NCBI GenBank assembly: GCA_045862955.1
Contig: BTVI01000035.1
Location: 1 to 33,640, forward strand
Source: Fimbriimonadales bacterium
GTDB taxonomy: Bacteria > Armatimonadota > Fimbriimonadia > Fimbriimonadales > JABRVX01
Direction of reading: 5' to 3'
DNA: 33,640 nucleotides
A program made the translations under genes and the position numbers. The notes beneath the pieces are model-generated. The model was not told the origin of the DNA. It was given only the letters and a program-made list of their open reading frames with translations, and made no database searches. The stretch's first letter is position 1, and each line of letters begins with the position of its first letter. Positions 1 through 9,697 of this stretch are shown in pieces.

Positions 1-1400
1 ACGGACACGAACACGATGCCGTCCTTCGCGAGCTGCCTGCGATCGCGCGCCACATCCTCCGAGACTCCCGCCCCACCCGCAGAGTCCACCAGCACCCTGC
101 CGCACGGCACGGGCTCGCCGTGCCATGCCCCGTTGCCGTCGAGTATTAGGGGAATCCCCAGGTCCAGTGAAAGGATGTCCTCTGGGCGGTAGCCCATGGC
201 AGTAGCCATCTCGCGGTAGTGCGCGACGTGCCGCGCCTCGCCATGCACCGGTGCCACGAATCGCGGTCGTGTGAGTGCAAGCATCATCTTGAGCTCTTCG
301 GCGCACGCGTGGCCGGTTACGTGCACGGAGGCTACGTGGCTGTAGATGACCTTCGCTCCGAGGGCGAACAGCCTGTTCACGGTGCGCCACACCGATGCTT
401 CGTTGCCTGGGATGGGTGTTGCGGAGATGATGACCGTGTCACCAGGCTTGATGCGCGCCTTCGGGTATTCGTCCTGTGCCATCAGAGTGAGTGCGGAGAG
501 CGGCTCGCCCTGCGCTCCCGTGGTCACGATGACGACCTGATCGTCGGGGTAGCGATCCACCTCCTGAATGCGGATGCGAGTCTCCGGGTCGAGATGCAAG
601 TAGCCGTGTGCGATGCTCACATCCACGTTCTGCTCCATTCGCCGGCCCACGACAGCTACTTTTCGCTCGTAGAGCCTCGCACAGTCCACCACCTGCTGCA
701 CGCGGTGGATGTTCGATGCGAAAGTGGTAACCAGTATCCGCCCGGGCGCCTCCGCAAACACCTCCTCCAGCGTGTGGCTCACGTGCGACTCCGAGGGCCC
801 CCATCCGGGCCGCTCCACACCCGTGCAGTCAGAGAGCAGCAGCAGCACGCCCTCGCGCGCGATGCGGCTTAGCTTGTCGAAGTCGGTGAGCTGTCCGTCC
901 ACCGGTGTGTTATCGAACTTGAAGTCGCCCGTATGGAAGACGATTCCGGACTCGGTCCGGACCGCCAGCGAGCAGGCCTCCGGAATGCTGTGCGTCACCC
1001 GGATCGTCTCCACGCCGAACGGCCCTATGGTCAGGTCGTCGCCTGCTTCGAAGGCCTCGATCCGGCGCTTCTTGCCCCGCAACCGCTCCTGAATCTTAGG
1101 CTCGGTCAGCACTTTGGTGAAGCGGCTCATGTACACGGGCACGTCGAGATCGCGGAGCAAATAGGGAAGGGCTCCTACGTGGTCCTCGTGTCCGTGCGTG
1201 ATGATGATGCCGGCGATTTCGTCCCGGTTCTCCAACAAATAGGTGAAATCCGGGATGACGATGTCTACGCCGAACATCTCGTCCGACGGGAATGCGAGCC
1301 CGCAATCGATCACCAGAATAGAGCCGTTCTGGCGTAGCAGGAAGCAGTTCTTACCGATCTCGCCGCACCCGCCAAGCGAGATGACTTCGAGTCGGCTCAT
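1..1400 (-). CDS. rnj: Ribonuclease J (metallo-beta-lactamase/beta-CASP), 3' end beyond the window edge
   Basis: Hand translation from ATG 1400: MSRLEVISLGGCGEIGKNCFLL...VIDCGLAFPSDEMFGVDIVIPDFTYL...IIITHGHEDHVGALPYLL...THSIPE...HTGDFKFD...HVTGHA. Absent from the ORF track, presumably because the frame runs off the window. Confidence 0.96.
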   Translation of the reverse strand, partial: MSRLEVISLGGCGEIGKNCFLLRQNGSILVIDCGLAFPSDEMFGVDIVIPDFTYLLENRDEIAGIIITHGHEDHVGALPYLLRDLDVPVYMSRFTKVLTEPKIQERLRGKKRRIEAFEAGDDLTIGPFGVETIRVTHSIPEACSLAVRTESGIVFHTGDFKFDNTPVDGQLTDFDKLSRIAREGVLLLLSDCTGVERPGWGPSESHVSHTLEEVFAEAPGRILVTTFASNIHRVQQVVDCARLYERKVAVVGRRMEQNVDVSIAHGYLHLDPETRIRIQEVDRYPDDQVVIVTTGAQGEPLSALTLMAQDEYPKARIKPGDTVIISATPIPGNEASVWRTVNRLFALGAKVIYSHVASVHVTGHACAEELKMMLALTRPRFVAPVHGEARHVAHYREMATAMGYRPEDILSLDLGIPLILDGNGAWHGEPVPCGRVLVDSAGGAGVSEDVARDRRQLAKDGIVFVS

Positions 1401-1415
1401 GCGCTCACCCGGCCC

Positions 1416-1871
1416 CTAGCGATGCTGGATCTCCCATTCGTAGGGGATTTCCGGCGAGTCGTAGGGGATGCGCTGCTCGTCGGGGTTCTGCCTGTCGTAC
1501 GGCTCTGTCGGCAAGTTGATCAATAGAGAGGGCTCCACGCCGATAGTCTTGTACCCGTGCGCTACGCCTTCGGGGATAATGAGCAAGCATGGGTTCTGCT
1601 CGCCCAGGAAGAACTCGTTCACCTCGCCGAGAGTGGGTGACTGCGGCCTCCGGTCATAGCAGGCGGCCTTCACCATGCCCCTCACGACGACCCAATAATC
1701 GGTCTGTCTCTCGTGCCAGTGCCAAGCGCGGATGACGCCCGGGTAGTTCAAGGATGCGTAGCACTGACCGAACTTCTGGAAATGCGGGTCGTCTGCTCGC
1801 AAGAGCTCCATGAGAAAGCCGCGTTCGTCGGCATTGGGCCGCAGCGGCACGGTGCGCACGCCCTCGATCAT
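1416..1871 (-). CDS. rmlC: dTDP-4-dehydrorhamnose 3,5-epimerase (RmlC-like cupin) family protein
   Basis: DERGFLMELLR, PGVIRAWHWH, YDRRPQSPTLG, LLIIPEGVAHGY motifs; exact sugar substrate not certain. Confidence 0.8.
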   Translation of the reverse strand: MIEGVRTVPLRPNADERGFLMELLRADDPHFQKFGQCYASLNYPGVIRAWHWHERQTDYWVVVRGMVKAACYDRRPQSPTLGEVNEFFLGEQNPCLLIIPEGVAHGYKTIGVEPSLLINLPTEPYDRQNPDEQRIPYDSPEIPYEWEIQHR

Positions 1872-1879
1872 CGTCGAGA

Positions 1880-1888
1880 ATTATAGCA
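1880..1888 (-). promoter_or_regulatory. Extended -10 element (TGcTATAAT) 8 nt upstream of the rmlC ATG
   Basis: Minus strand reads cgTGcTATAATtctcgacgATG; no SD between them. Confidence 0.6.
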
Positions 1889-1897
1889 CGCAGCCGA

Positions 1898-3412
1898 CTA
1901 GCCTTCTTCGGCCTCGGGGATCGGCTCCCCGACCAGGGGGCGGACGAACTTCGAGATTCGTCGTGAGGCCTTCTGCGCCACCGAGTAGTCCTCGGCGCTG
2001 AGTGGGCGCACGAGGCGCGCGAGCACGTAGAACACGAGGATGAATTGCACGGCGAGTGGCAGGACCCACAGGGAGCGCCCGCCGACGAGCCAGAGCGTGG
2101 AAACCCCCGCAAGCGCGGAGATAGCGAACACCTTGACCGTGTAGGCCGTGGGAAAGCGGACTTCGTACACGCGCCTAACCACCGCGAAGCCGAGACCCGA
2201 AGTGATGATGAACGCGATGCCCATCGCGAGTGCGAGCGCACTGACCGCGGCCTCCGCCCCGTACGGTCGAAACAGCCACACCGCCAACACACTCAGCACG
2301 ACGGACGCAACGCCGCCGATCACGTATTGCTTCACTACCAGCGCAACCATGCCGCCAGCGCTCATTACGGTGCTGCTAGCGCCGCCGCCGTATGCTCTCG
2401 CAATCAGGGTCGGCGCTGCGAGCCATAGAAACACCGTCGCGGCGGGAAGGAACGCTCCGCCGAACAGGAGCTGTATTGCACGCGGGGCTTGGAACATGAA
2501 AAACACCATCGTGGGCACCGCGAGCAGTGTGGTGAGGCGAACATTGAGCCGCCACGCCAGAGCCAATCCCTCGGTACCCTGCCTCTCCGCTAGACGTGCA
2601 GCTGCAGCGAGCGCAGTGCCTCCGAAACCCGCCAGCATCAGTTGGTCGGCGAGCACCCGGGTGTTGAACGCCGCGTTGAAGTAGCCGCGCCACGCCTCTT
2701 CCACTCCGAAGGCGCCCAGCACGATGAGGCCGAGCTGCTTTCCCAATACGAGCCCTACCAGCGCGTTTACCCACAATCCCAGGCCGAAGCGCACCACCGG
2801 CTTCAACTCTATGCGCTCTGGTGTCGGCAGCATCCGTCGTACTACCGGCCAGGCGATGCCGATCAAGTACACCGTCATCGCGATGATGAAGGACCAGATG
2901 GCACCCGCGATGCCGTAGCCAGCCCGGATGAGCCACACGACGAGCACCAACTGCACGACCAACGTCACCGCGCGCATCACGTTGTTCACCTTCACGTCGA
3001 ACAGCGCGATCAGGGTGAAGGTGAAGAATGTGCCCAGCGACGAGAGGATGCCCATCAACGCGCTGAGCTGTACGGCCCACTCGTAACCCCGGATTCCCTG
3101 CGAAGCGGTGACGAACGAGGCGAGCGCTGCCATCAGGCCCATCGCCAAGGACACGTACATCAGGCGCCGCTTCAGCAGTTCGCGCAGGATGAACGAGATA
3201 ATCCCCGGCTTGTCCGAGTAGCGGCCCAGGAAGTTGGTCAACGACTCCTCGTATCCGAATGCGACGAAAGCGCAAAGCATGCCCTGGACTGCTCCGACCG
3301 CTGCATACACACCCGACTTCTCGGGCCCAAGCAGGCGAGCTACCACGATCGAGATGATCGTGAACAGCAGCATCTCGAACATCTTGCCGCCCTGCTGCCA
3401 CACGAAGGTCAT
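1898..3412 (-). CDS. Oligosaccharide flippase (Wzx/MOP superfamily); the start may be the ATT at 3436
   Basis: About 500 aa, many hydrophobic segments, VARLLGPEKSGVY N-terminal motif, AWRGYFNAAF and LLFGGAFLPA; adjacent to rmlC. Confidence 0.85.
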   Translation of the reverse strand: MTFVWQQGGKMFEMLLFTIISIVVARLLGPEKSGVYAAVGAVQGMLCAFVAFGYEESLTNFLGRYSDKPGIISFILRELLKRRLMYVSLAMGLMAALASFVTASQGIRGYEWAVQLSALMGILSSLGTFFTFTLIALFDVKVNNVMRAVTLVVQLVLVVWLIRAGYGIAGAIWSFIIAMTVYLIGIAWPVVRRMLPTPERIELKPVVRFGLGLWVNALVGLVLGKQLGLIVLGAFGVEEAWRGYFNAAFNTRVLADQLMLAGFGGTALAAAARLAERQGTEGLALAWRLNVRLTTLLAVPTMVFFMFQAPRAIQLLFGGAFLPAATVFLWLAAPTLIARAYGGGASSTVMSAGGMVALVVKQYVIGGVASVVLSVLAVWLFRPYGAEAAVSALALAMGIAFIITSGLGFAVVRRVYEVRFPTAYTVKVFAISALAGVSTLWLVGGRSLWVLPLAVQFILVFYVLARLVRPLSAEDYSVAQKASRRISKFVRPLVGEPIPEAEEG

Positions 3413-3509
3413 CAGAGCCTGCCTGGCGAGTCGAATGAGCTTGCCTCCTTAGGTTCGCGCCCGGCGCTCCGGCCGGGCGCGCTGGGATGGTTTCAGCGTG
3501 GCCCCGCCG

Positions 3510-4469
3510 TCACGACTTCCAAACGCCCAGCACGTTGTCGATGCGCTCCAGCGCGTCCGCCGGGAGTTTGACACCAGATGCGCCAAGGTTGTCGGTCACC
3601 TGTTCCACCTTGGTTGCGCCGATGATCACGCTGGAGACATTATGTTGCCTTAGGCACCACGCCAGGGCCAACTGAGCCATGGACAGCCCGAGATCGGCGG
3701 CAACGGGCTTGAGCTTCTGGACCCTCTCCAGCAGATCGTGCTCCAGCAGCCGACCCATAAAAATGTTGGACTTATCGTCCGCGGCACGGCTGTCGGCCGG
3801 AGGAGCATGTCCCGGAAGGTACTTGCCGGTAAGTACCCCCTGGGCGAGCGGAGAGAACACCACCTGCCCCAAACCTTCGCGCTCGCAGACCGGGATCACC
3901 TGCTCTTCGATGTACCGCTCCAGCATGTTATAAATGGGCTGGTTGCTTACCGGGGGGTATCCACCCATCTGACGGGCGAAGTGACACGCGTCGGCGATGT
4001 CCACGGGCCGCCACTCGCTCACGCCCCAGTAGAGGACCTTACCCTGCCGAATGAGGTCGGACATGACGGCCACCGTCTCCTCTATCGGGGTCTCGGGATC
4101 GGGGCGGTGACACTGGTAAAGGTCTATGTACTCCATCTGAAGGCGCTTCAGACTCGCGTGACACTGCTCGAATACATGCTTGCGCGAGAGGCCCCGATCG
4201 TTGGGACCCTTGTCCATGGGAAAGAACACCTTGGTTGCCACGAAGAGACTTTCGCGGGGCAGGGCTTTCAGCGTCTTTCCCAGCACCTGCTCCGCTGCTC
4301 CCTTGTAGTAGGCGTTGGCCGTGTCGAAGAAGTTGATACCGTTCTCGTAGGCGTGGAGAATGACCTTCTCCGAGTTAACTTCATCCAGCGATCCACCGAA
4401 GGTTAGCCAGCTCCCGAGTCCAATCTCGCTGACCTTCACTCCCCATTTGCCGAGCCTGCGATACTCCAT
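3510..4469 (-). CDS. Aldo/keto reductase (Kv-beta-like/AKR6 group)
   Basis: MEYRRLGKWGVKVSEIGLGSW, FFDTANAY, IDLYQCHRPD, GKVLYWGVSEW, FSPLAQGVLTGKY; GGAGG SD before ATG 4469. Confidence 0.93.
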   Translation of the reverse strand: MEYRRLGKWGVKVSEIGLGSWLTFGGSLDEVNSEKVILHAYENGINFFDTANAYYKGAAEQVLGKTLKALPRESLFVATKVFFPMDKGPNDRGLSRKHVFEQCHASLKRLQMEYIDLYQCHRPDPETPIEETVAVMSDLIRQGKVLYWGVSEWRPVDIADACHFARQMGGYPPVSNQPIYNMLERYIEEQVIPVCEREGLGQVVFSPLAQGVLTGKYLPGHAPPADSRAADDKSNIFMGRLLEHDLLERVQKLKPVAADLGLSMAQLALAWCLRQHNVSSVIIGATKVEQVTDNLGASGVKLPADALERIDNVLGVWKS

Positions 4470-4589
4470 GGGTCCTCCAAGTTCGGACTGCACCGTCGAA
4501 ATCTACTACTGACTTCGCCGGCACCTTCGCCATCCCTGCCTACCCGGTGCCCGGAGTGGTCGGCGCGCCGCCTCCTCCCCGACGGAGCA

Positions 4590-5051
4590 TTTCCATGCCT
4601 AGTCGTTTCGGCTGCGGTCTGCCACCAAGCTTCCGCCTCGTGCCACCCCCGGCAGCCGAACGTCGAGGCTAAGAATCTCCATGCGGTTCGAAGCATCACG
4701 CCACGAGCCGGATGCATCCTACCCTCCCCACTCGCAGTGGCGACGTCATGCTGAGCCTGTCGAAGCATGAGGGCGATAGAGGGAAACGTACCTGCTGAAC
4801 TGCAGGGCGGGTGGCAGGCGGGGTCATGCTTCGACAAGCTCAGCATGACGGTTTGGGGCGCTGCCGGTGCGGTACCTCCTTCCCAACGACCCACCCTCTC
4901 GCACTGGTGAGCGGAGTAGGTACCGACCGCTGAACGTTTTCCATGCCTAGTCGTTTCGGCTGCGGTCTACCACCGAGCTTCCGCCTCGCGCCACCCCCGG
5001 CAGCCGAACGTCGAGGCATAGAACCCCGGCAGCCGAAACGTCGAGGCATAG
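4590..5051. repeat. Intergenic repeat cluster: two ~80-bp hairpin repeats (4590-4669, 4938-5019, plus a duplicated right arm 5024-5051) around an inverted pair of 27-bp REP-like palindromes (4745-4770, 4823-4850)
   Basis: ATGCCTAGTCGTTTCGGCTGC...GCAGCCGAACGTCGAGGC occurs twice 348 bp apart; GTCATGCTGAGCCTGTCGAAGCATGA and its near reverse complement lie between. Confidence 0.9.
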
Positions 5052-5060
5052 GCAAGCAGC

Positions 5061-6074
5061 TCAGCAAATCCTCGGCAGCAGTTCACCGGCGGGGAGATCT
5101 ACGATACGCTGCCCACCGATCGGTGTGTTCAGCCAGACCAGGCCGTCCAGGCTCGGGACTACACGCCCGATGATCGCCGCATCCCGCCCGAGAGGGTGCG
5201 AGCGAAGCGCTTCCAGCGCAGCCGGCGCAACCTCCTCCCCCACGAACGCTACCACCTTGCCCTCGTTCGCTACCGTCAGCGGGTCGAAACCGAGCACCTC
5301 GCACGCCGAGCGGACCGCGTCTCGCACCGGTATCGCCGCCTCGTCCAGCTCCACGGACACGCGCGCCGAGTTGGCCATCTCCACCACCGCGGTCGCCAGC
5401 CCGCCGCGCGTGGGGTCACGCATCGCATGCAGGCCGTCGCCCGCCGCGGACGTCAGCCGCGAGCACAACTCACCGAGCGGCGCGCAGTCGCTCACGGCAT
5501 CCGACGCGAGGTCGATCCCCTCGCGAAGGCAGAAGAGGGTGATGCCGTGATCAGCGATGTGCCCCGAAAGGAGCACCACGTCTCCGACCTGGATTCGGTG
5601 CGTCCCCAGATCCAATCCGTCCGGAACCACGCCAAGTCCCGTGGTGGTGATGAACATCCCGTCTGCAGCGCCGCGCTCCACCACCTTCGTGTCGCCCGTC
5701 ACCACCTCGACCCCCGCTTCCTGCGCCGTGTCGGCCAACGAGCGTACAACGCGCTCCAGGTCGGCGATGGCAAGCCCCTCTTCCAGGATGAAGGAGCAAG
5801 ACAGGTAGGTGGGTACCGCCCCGCCCACCGCCAGGTCGTTCACCGTTCCGCACACGGCCAGCTTGCCGATGTCGCCCCCGGGAAAGAAGAGTGGCTTTGC
5901 CACGAACGAGTCGGTGGTGAATGCCACACGGCCTTCGGGTCGGGGCAAGAGTGCCTGGTCGCTCAGCGGGGCCAGCAGACGACTTGGTAGATGGGGAAGG
6001 AACACGCGCTCCAGCAGCTCGCGAGAGGCTTTGCCGCCGCTTCCGTGCGCGGTGGTGACCGTCTTGTCTCGCAT
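5061..6074 (-). CDS. hypE: Hydrogenase maturation protein HypE
   Basis: AHGSGG, FTTDSFV, GDIGKLAVCGTVNDLA, MRDPTRGG, ANEGK, C-terminal PRIC. Confidence 0.98.
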   Translation of the reverse strand: MRDKTVTTAHGSGGKASRELLERVFLPHLPSRLLAPLSDQALLPRPEGRVAFTTDSFVAKPLFFPGGDIGKLAVCGTVNDLAVGGAVPTYLSCSFILEEGLAIADLERVVRSLADTAQEAGVEVVTGDTKVVERGAADGMFITTTGLGVVPDGLDLGTHRIQVGDVVLLSGHIADHGITLFCLREGIDLASDAVSDCAPLGELCSRLTSAAGDGLHAMRDPTRGGLATAVVEMANSARVSVELDEAAIPVRDAVRSACEVLGFDPLTVANEGKVVAFVGEEVAPAALEALRSHPLGRDAAIIGRVVPSLDGLVWLNTPIGGQRIVDLPAGELLPRIC

Positions 6075-6084
6075 GGGGCTAAGT

Positions 6085-7197
6085 CTACACCTCGACGGCT
6101 CGGCGAGCGCCGTACTTGTAGTGCGCGGCGCAGGCGCCCTCGCTCGACACCATGCAGGGGCCGATGGGGTTCTCCGGCGAGCAGGCCGTACCGAACAGCT
6201 TGCACTCGTCCGGCGAGACGATCCCCTTCAGCACCTCTCCGCAAAGGCAGCCTCGAACTTCCTTGGGTTCCGGCAGGTCGAGCGTGAACCGCTCCAGAGC
6301 ATCGAAGCGGCGGAGATGTGACCTCAGCCTTAGCCCGCTCTGGGGGATCACTCCGAAGCCCCGCCACTCGGCGTCGCAGGGCTCGAAGGTCTCCTCCAAC
6401 AGCGACTGCGCCGCGACGTTTCCGCGCTCGCGAACGAAGCGTGTATATCGGTTGCGCACCTCGGCGCGGTCGTCCGCTACCAACTGGAGGCAGCCTACCA
6501 CTCCTTCCAGCAGGTCGGTGGGAAGGAACCCTGCGATGACAGAAGGGATGCCGAACTCGGTCTCGAGGAACCCATACGACTGCGCCCCAATAATGGTGGA
6601 GACGTGCCCTGGAAGGATGAACGCGTCAATCCTTACCTCGCCACTGGTCAGCAAGGCCCGCAGGGCAGGGGGTACGAGCTTGTGGGCGACCAAGACGCTG
6701 AAGTTGCGCAGGTCGCGCCGCTCGGCCTCCAGGACCGTTGCCGCGACAGTCGGTGCGGTCGTCTCGAAGCCTACACCGAGGAACACCACTTCGCGCGAGG
6801 GACTTGCTTCAGCGAACGCAAGGGCGTCCATCGGCGAGTACACGACCCGCACGTCTGCTCCCGATGTCCTCGCCCGGAGAAGGCTCGTGTGCGAGCCGGG
6901 AACCCGCAGCATGTCGCCGAACGTGGCTACGGTCACGTTGGGCAGGCTCGCCAGGGCGATCATCTGGTCCAGCTCTCGGTTGGGCGTGACACAAACGGGG
7001 CAGCCTGGCCCCGAGAGCAGCGACACGTTGGCGGGTAATAGCGAGCGAACGCCGGTACGGAAGAAGGACATCGTGTGCGACCCGCACACCTCCATGATCC
7101 GGACTTCGCGAGGGGCTAGCTCCTCCGCCAGCGACCTCATACGCTCCACGAGCGGCTGCGTCAGGGCCCGGTCTCCGAATGGATCAATCAGGTGCAT
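6085..7197 (-). CDS. hypD: Hydrogenase maturation protein HypD
   Basis: MEVCGSHT, GPGCPVC, GFETTAP, PGHVS, GPCMVSSEGACAA. Confidence 0.98.
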   Translation of the reverse strand: MHLIDPFGDRALTQPLVERMRSLAEELAPREVRIMEVCGSHTMSFFRTGVRSLLPANVSLLSGPGCPVCVTPNRELDQMIALASLPNVTVATFGDMLRVPGSHTSLLRARTSGADVRVVYSPMDALAFAEASPSREVVFLGVGFETTAPTVAATVLEAERRDLRNFSVLVAHKLVPPALRALLTSGEVRIDAFILPGHVSTIIGAQSYGFLETEFGIPSVIAGFLPTDLLEGVVGCLQLVADDRAEVRNRYTRFVRERGNVAAQSLLEETFEPCDAEWRGFGVIPQSGLRLRSHLRRFDALERFTLDLPEPKEVRGCLCGEVLKGIVSPDECKLFGTACSPENPIGPCMVSSEGACAAHYKYGARRAVEV

Positions 7198-7408
7198 GTT
7201 CCCCCATCTCCCTCAAGTACTCGAGCGTTCGCTCGGCCTCGGTGGCGTCCAACTTCTGAATGACGAAGCCCGCGTGGACCAGAGCGTACTCACCGACTGC
7301 GATGTCGGGGGTCAGGTCGGCGCGTGCTCGCCTCCGGGTCCCCCCGAAGTCTACGGTGACGTCCATCCCGTCTCGCTCCAACACCTTTCCCGGAACAGCT
7401 AAGCACAT
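7184..7408 (-). CDS. hypC: Hydrogenase maturation chaperone HypC
   Basis: MCLAVPG start at 7408, GEYALVHAGF; overlaps hypF end and hypD start. Confidence 0.97.
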   Translation of the reverse strand: MCLAVPGKVLERDGMDVTVDFGGTRRRARADLTPDIAVGEYALVHAGFVIQKLDATEAERTLEYLREMGEHAPD

Positions 7409-9669
7409 CTTCCTTTCCTCCATGCTGCAACCGCAATCTGCCCGAGGCAGATGCCCCCGTCGTTGGCCGGCACTTGGCGGTTAACTAGCGGTGTAAGTCC
7501 CCGATCGCGCAGTAAGTTCAACGTTCTCTCTGTGAGCAGCCGATTCTGGAAGGTGCCGCCCGAGAGACAGACGGTACGGATTCCATGGCCCTCCGACAGC
7601 GCGAGGCACTCTTTGGCGATGCACTGCGCCAGCGTCTCGTGAAACCTGGCCGCGATCATCTCCTTCGACACCCCGCCTTCCACGTCGTCCAGGACGGTCC
7701 GGATGACCGGTCCCATCTCCAGAGACTGTGCAACTTTAGTATACATGTACGTTCCGTCTGGGGTGACCTGTGTACCCAATGCCTCCAGCTCCATTGCGCC
7801 TTGGCCCTCGAAGGAATCGCGCTGCCGCACCCCGAGCAGCGAAGCGACCGCATCGAACAGCCGCCCCGCGCTCGACGCGGGGACGCAGTTGGTGCCCCGA
7901 CGGATCATTCGCAGCACGGTAAGCAACTCGCTCTCCGGCGCGGCTTTGCGCTCCAGCAGCACCCTGACGGCTTCGTCCTCATCCATTAGCCCAGCAAGGT
8001 AGGCTGCCGCTGACTTCCAGTTCTGCTTGATCGCTGCATCCCCGCCGGGCAGCGGGATCGTGGCGAAGTGAAGCATTCGCTCGAAGTCCGTGTAGTCCGC
8101 GATCAGGAACTCTGCGCCCCACACGGTGCCATCCGGCCCGTAACCCGTGCCGTCGAAGGCAATACCGATGACGGGCTCGTTCGGCAATCCATGCTCGGCC
8201 ATCACCGAGGCGATGTGGGCATGGTGGTGCTGCACCTCCACCAGGGGCAAGCCGCACCTTCGCGCGTAGCCGGTGGAGAGATACAGCGGGTGCATGTCAT
8301 GGGCTGCCGTTGTCGGCTCCACCTCCGCCAGCGCCTCGAACTGCTCGATTCCCAGACGGAACGCCTCGTACTCCTCCACGTTCTTCAGATCGCCGATGTG
8401 GTGGCTGACAAACACCGAGTTGCCGCGCCCGATCGCGAACGTGTTCTTCAGCTCGCCTCCCACCGCGAGCAAGCCGTGGACGGAGAAGGGGAGCTCTATG
8501 GGCAGCGGAACGTAGCCGCGGGAGCGACGCAGGAAGCTCGGCTGCCCGTCCACCACGTGCACCACCGAATCGTCGCAACGCGTGTGAATCGGCCGGTCTC
8601 CGGTTAGGAAGGCGTCGGCGATCCCGGCGAGACGCCGGAATGCCTGCTCCTCGGTGAAAGCGATTGGCTCCTCGCTGATGTTTCCGCTCGTCATCACCAG
8701 CACGTCCGGCGCGCCTTCTCGGAACAGCAGGTGATGCAGAGGAGTGTACGGCAGCATCACGCCGATCCGGGGGTTGCCGGGTGCGATGGATGGGGCGAGA
8801 TCGCAGTCTACAGAGCGCTGGATGAGCACGATGGGCCGCGCGACCGACAGCAGCAGCCCTCGCTCGGTGTCGGTCGGAGCGACGATTCGCTCACAGGCTT
8901 CGAGCGAGGCAGCCATCACCGCGAGCGGCTTTTCTTCGCGGCCCTTCCGCTGCCGTAGCGTCTGCACTGCCGCTTCGTTTCGCGCGTCGCATGCGAGGTG
9001 GTACCCGCCGATGCCCTTGATAGCCAGTAAGGAGCCCTCACGTAGCAGTCGCGCGGCTTCTCGCACGGCTGCCATCCCTTCCACGGTGCCGAGCCGAACC
9101 GTAGGCCCGCAGACGGGGCATGCAACGGGCTGCGCGTGGAAGCGCCGGTCCGCTGGGTCGTGATATTGCCGAGTGCACAGTTCGCACATTGGAAAGGCAG
9201 CCATCGTGGTCTTCGGCCGGTCGTATGGCAAGTCTCGGATGATGGTGAAACGCGGCCCGCAGTTGGTGCAGTTGATGTAGGGGTACTCGTAGCGCGGGTC
9301 TCCGGGGTCCGACATTTCGCGCAGGCAGTCGTCGCAGACGGCCACATCCGGCGATACCAGACAAGTTCGAACAGCGTCGTCCCTGCTCTCGACGATGCGA
9401 AAGCCGGACGGGCCCTCGCCTGGGAGGGCCCTCCGCTCCACCCGGTCCAAGCGCGCCAAAGGAGGAGGATGCTTGGTCAGAGTCTCCACGAACTGCTCGA
9501 TTTTGTCTGGCGGGCCGAACAGCTCCACCGAAGCGCCGGCGGTGTCGTTCCATACCCGGCCGCTCAAGCCTAGTTGGGTAGCTAGCCGATATACGTGCGG
9601 TCGGAAACCGACACCCTGAACGACCCCTGTGATTCGAAGACCTACGCCACCCGACACACAACCCCCCAT
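7399..9669 (-). CDS. hypF: Carbamoyltransferase HypF (start 9669 or GTG 9657)
   Basis: GVVQGVGFRP acylphosphatase domain, CDDC/CTNCGPR/CELC/CPVC zinc fingers, KGIGGYHL, QHHHAH, DGTGYG, NDGGICLGQ. Confidence 0.97.
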   Translation of the reverse strand: MGGCVSGGVGLRITGVVQGVGFRPHVYRLATQLGLSGRVWNDTAGASVELFGPPDKIEQFVETLTKHPPPLARLDRVERRALPGEGPSGFRIVESRDDAVRTCLVSPDVAVCDDCLREMSDPGDPRYEYPYINCTNCGPRFTIIRDLPYDRPKTTMAAFPMCELCTRQYHDPADRRFHAQPVACPVCGPTVRLGTVEGMAAVREAARLLREGSLLAIKGIGGYHLACDARNEAAVQTLRQRKGREEKPLAVMAASLEACERIVAPTDTERGLLLSVARPIVLIQRSVDCDLAPSIAPGNPRIGVMLPYTPLHHLLFREGAPDVLVMTSGNISEEPIAFTEEQAFRRLAGIADAFLTGDRPIHTRCDDSVVHVVDGQPSFLRRSRGYVPLPIELPFSVHGLLAVGGELKNTFAIGRGNSVFVSHHIGDLKNVEEYEAFRLGIEQFEALAEVEPTTAAHDMHPLYLSTGYARRCGLPLVEVQHHHAHIASVMAEHGLPNEPVIGIAFDGTGYGPDGTVWGAEFLIADYTDFERMLHFATIPLPGGDAAIKQNWKSAAAYLAGLMDEDEAVRVLLERKAAPESELLTVLRMIRRGTNCVPASSAGRLFDAVASLLGVRQRDSFEGQGAMELEALGTQVTPDGTYMYTKVAQSLEMGPVIRTVLDDVEGGVSKEMIAARFHETLAQCIAKECLALSEGHGIRTVCLSGGTFQNRLLTERTLNLLRDRGLTPLVNRQVPANDGGICLGQIAVAAWRKGRCA

Positions 9670-9697
9670 CGCGTGCCTCACGCAGCTGCGGACGACT

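Noticed and set aside
219..1337. Plus-strand ORFs 219..872, 709..1092 and 933..1337
   Set aside because: Antisense shadows of rnj, which occupies the minus strand.
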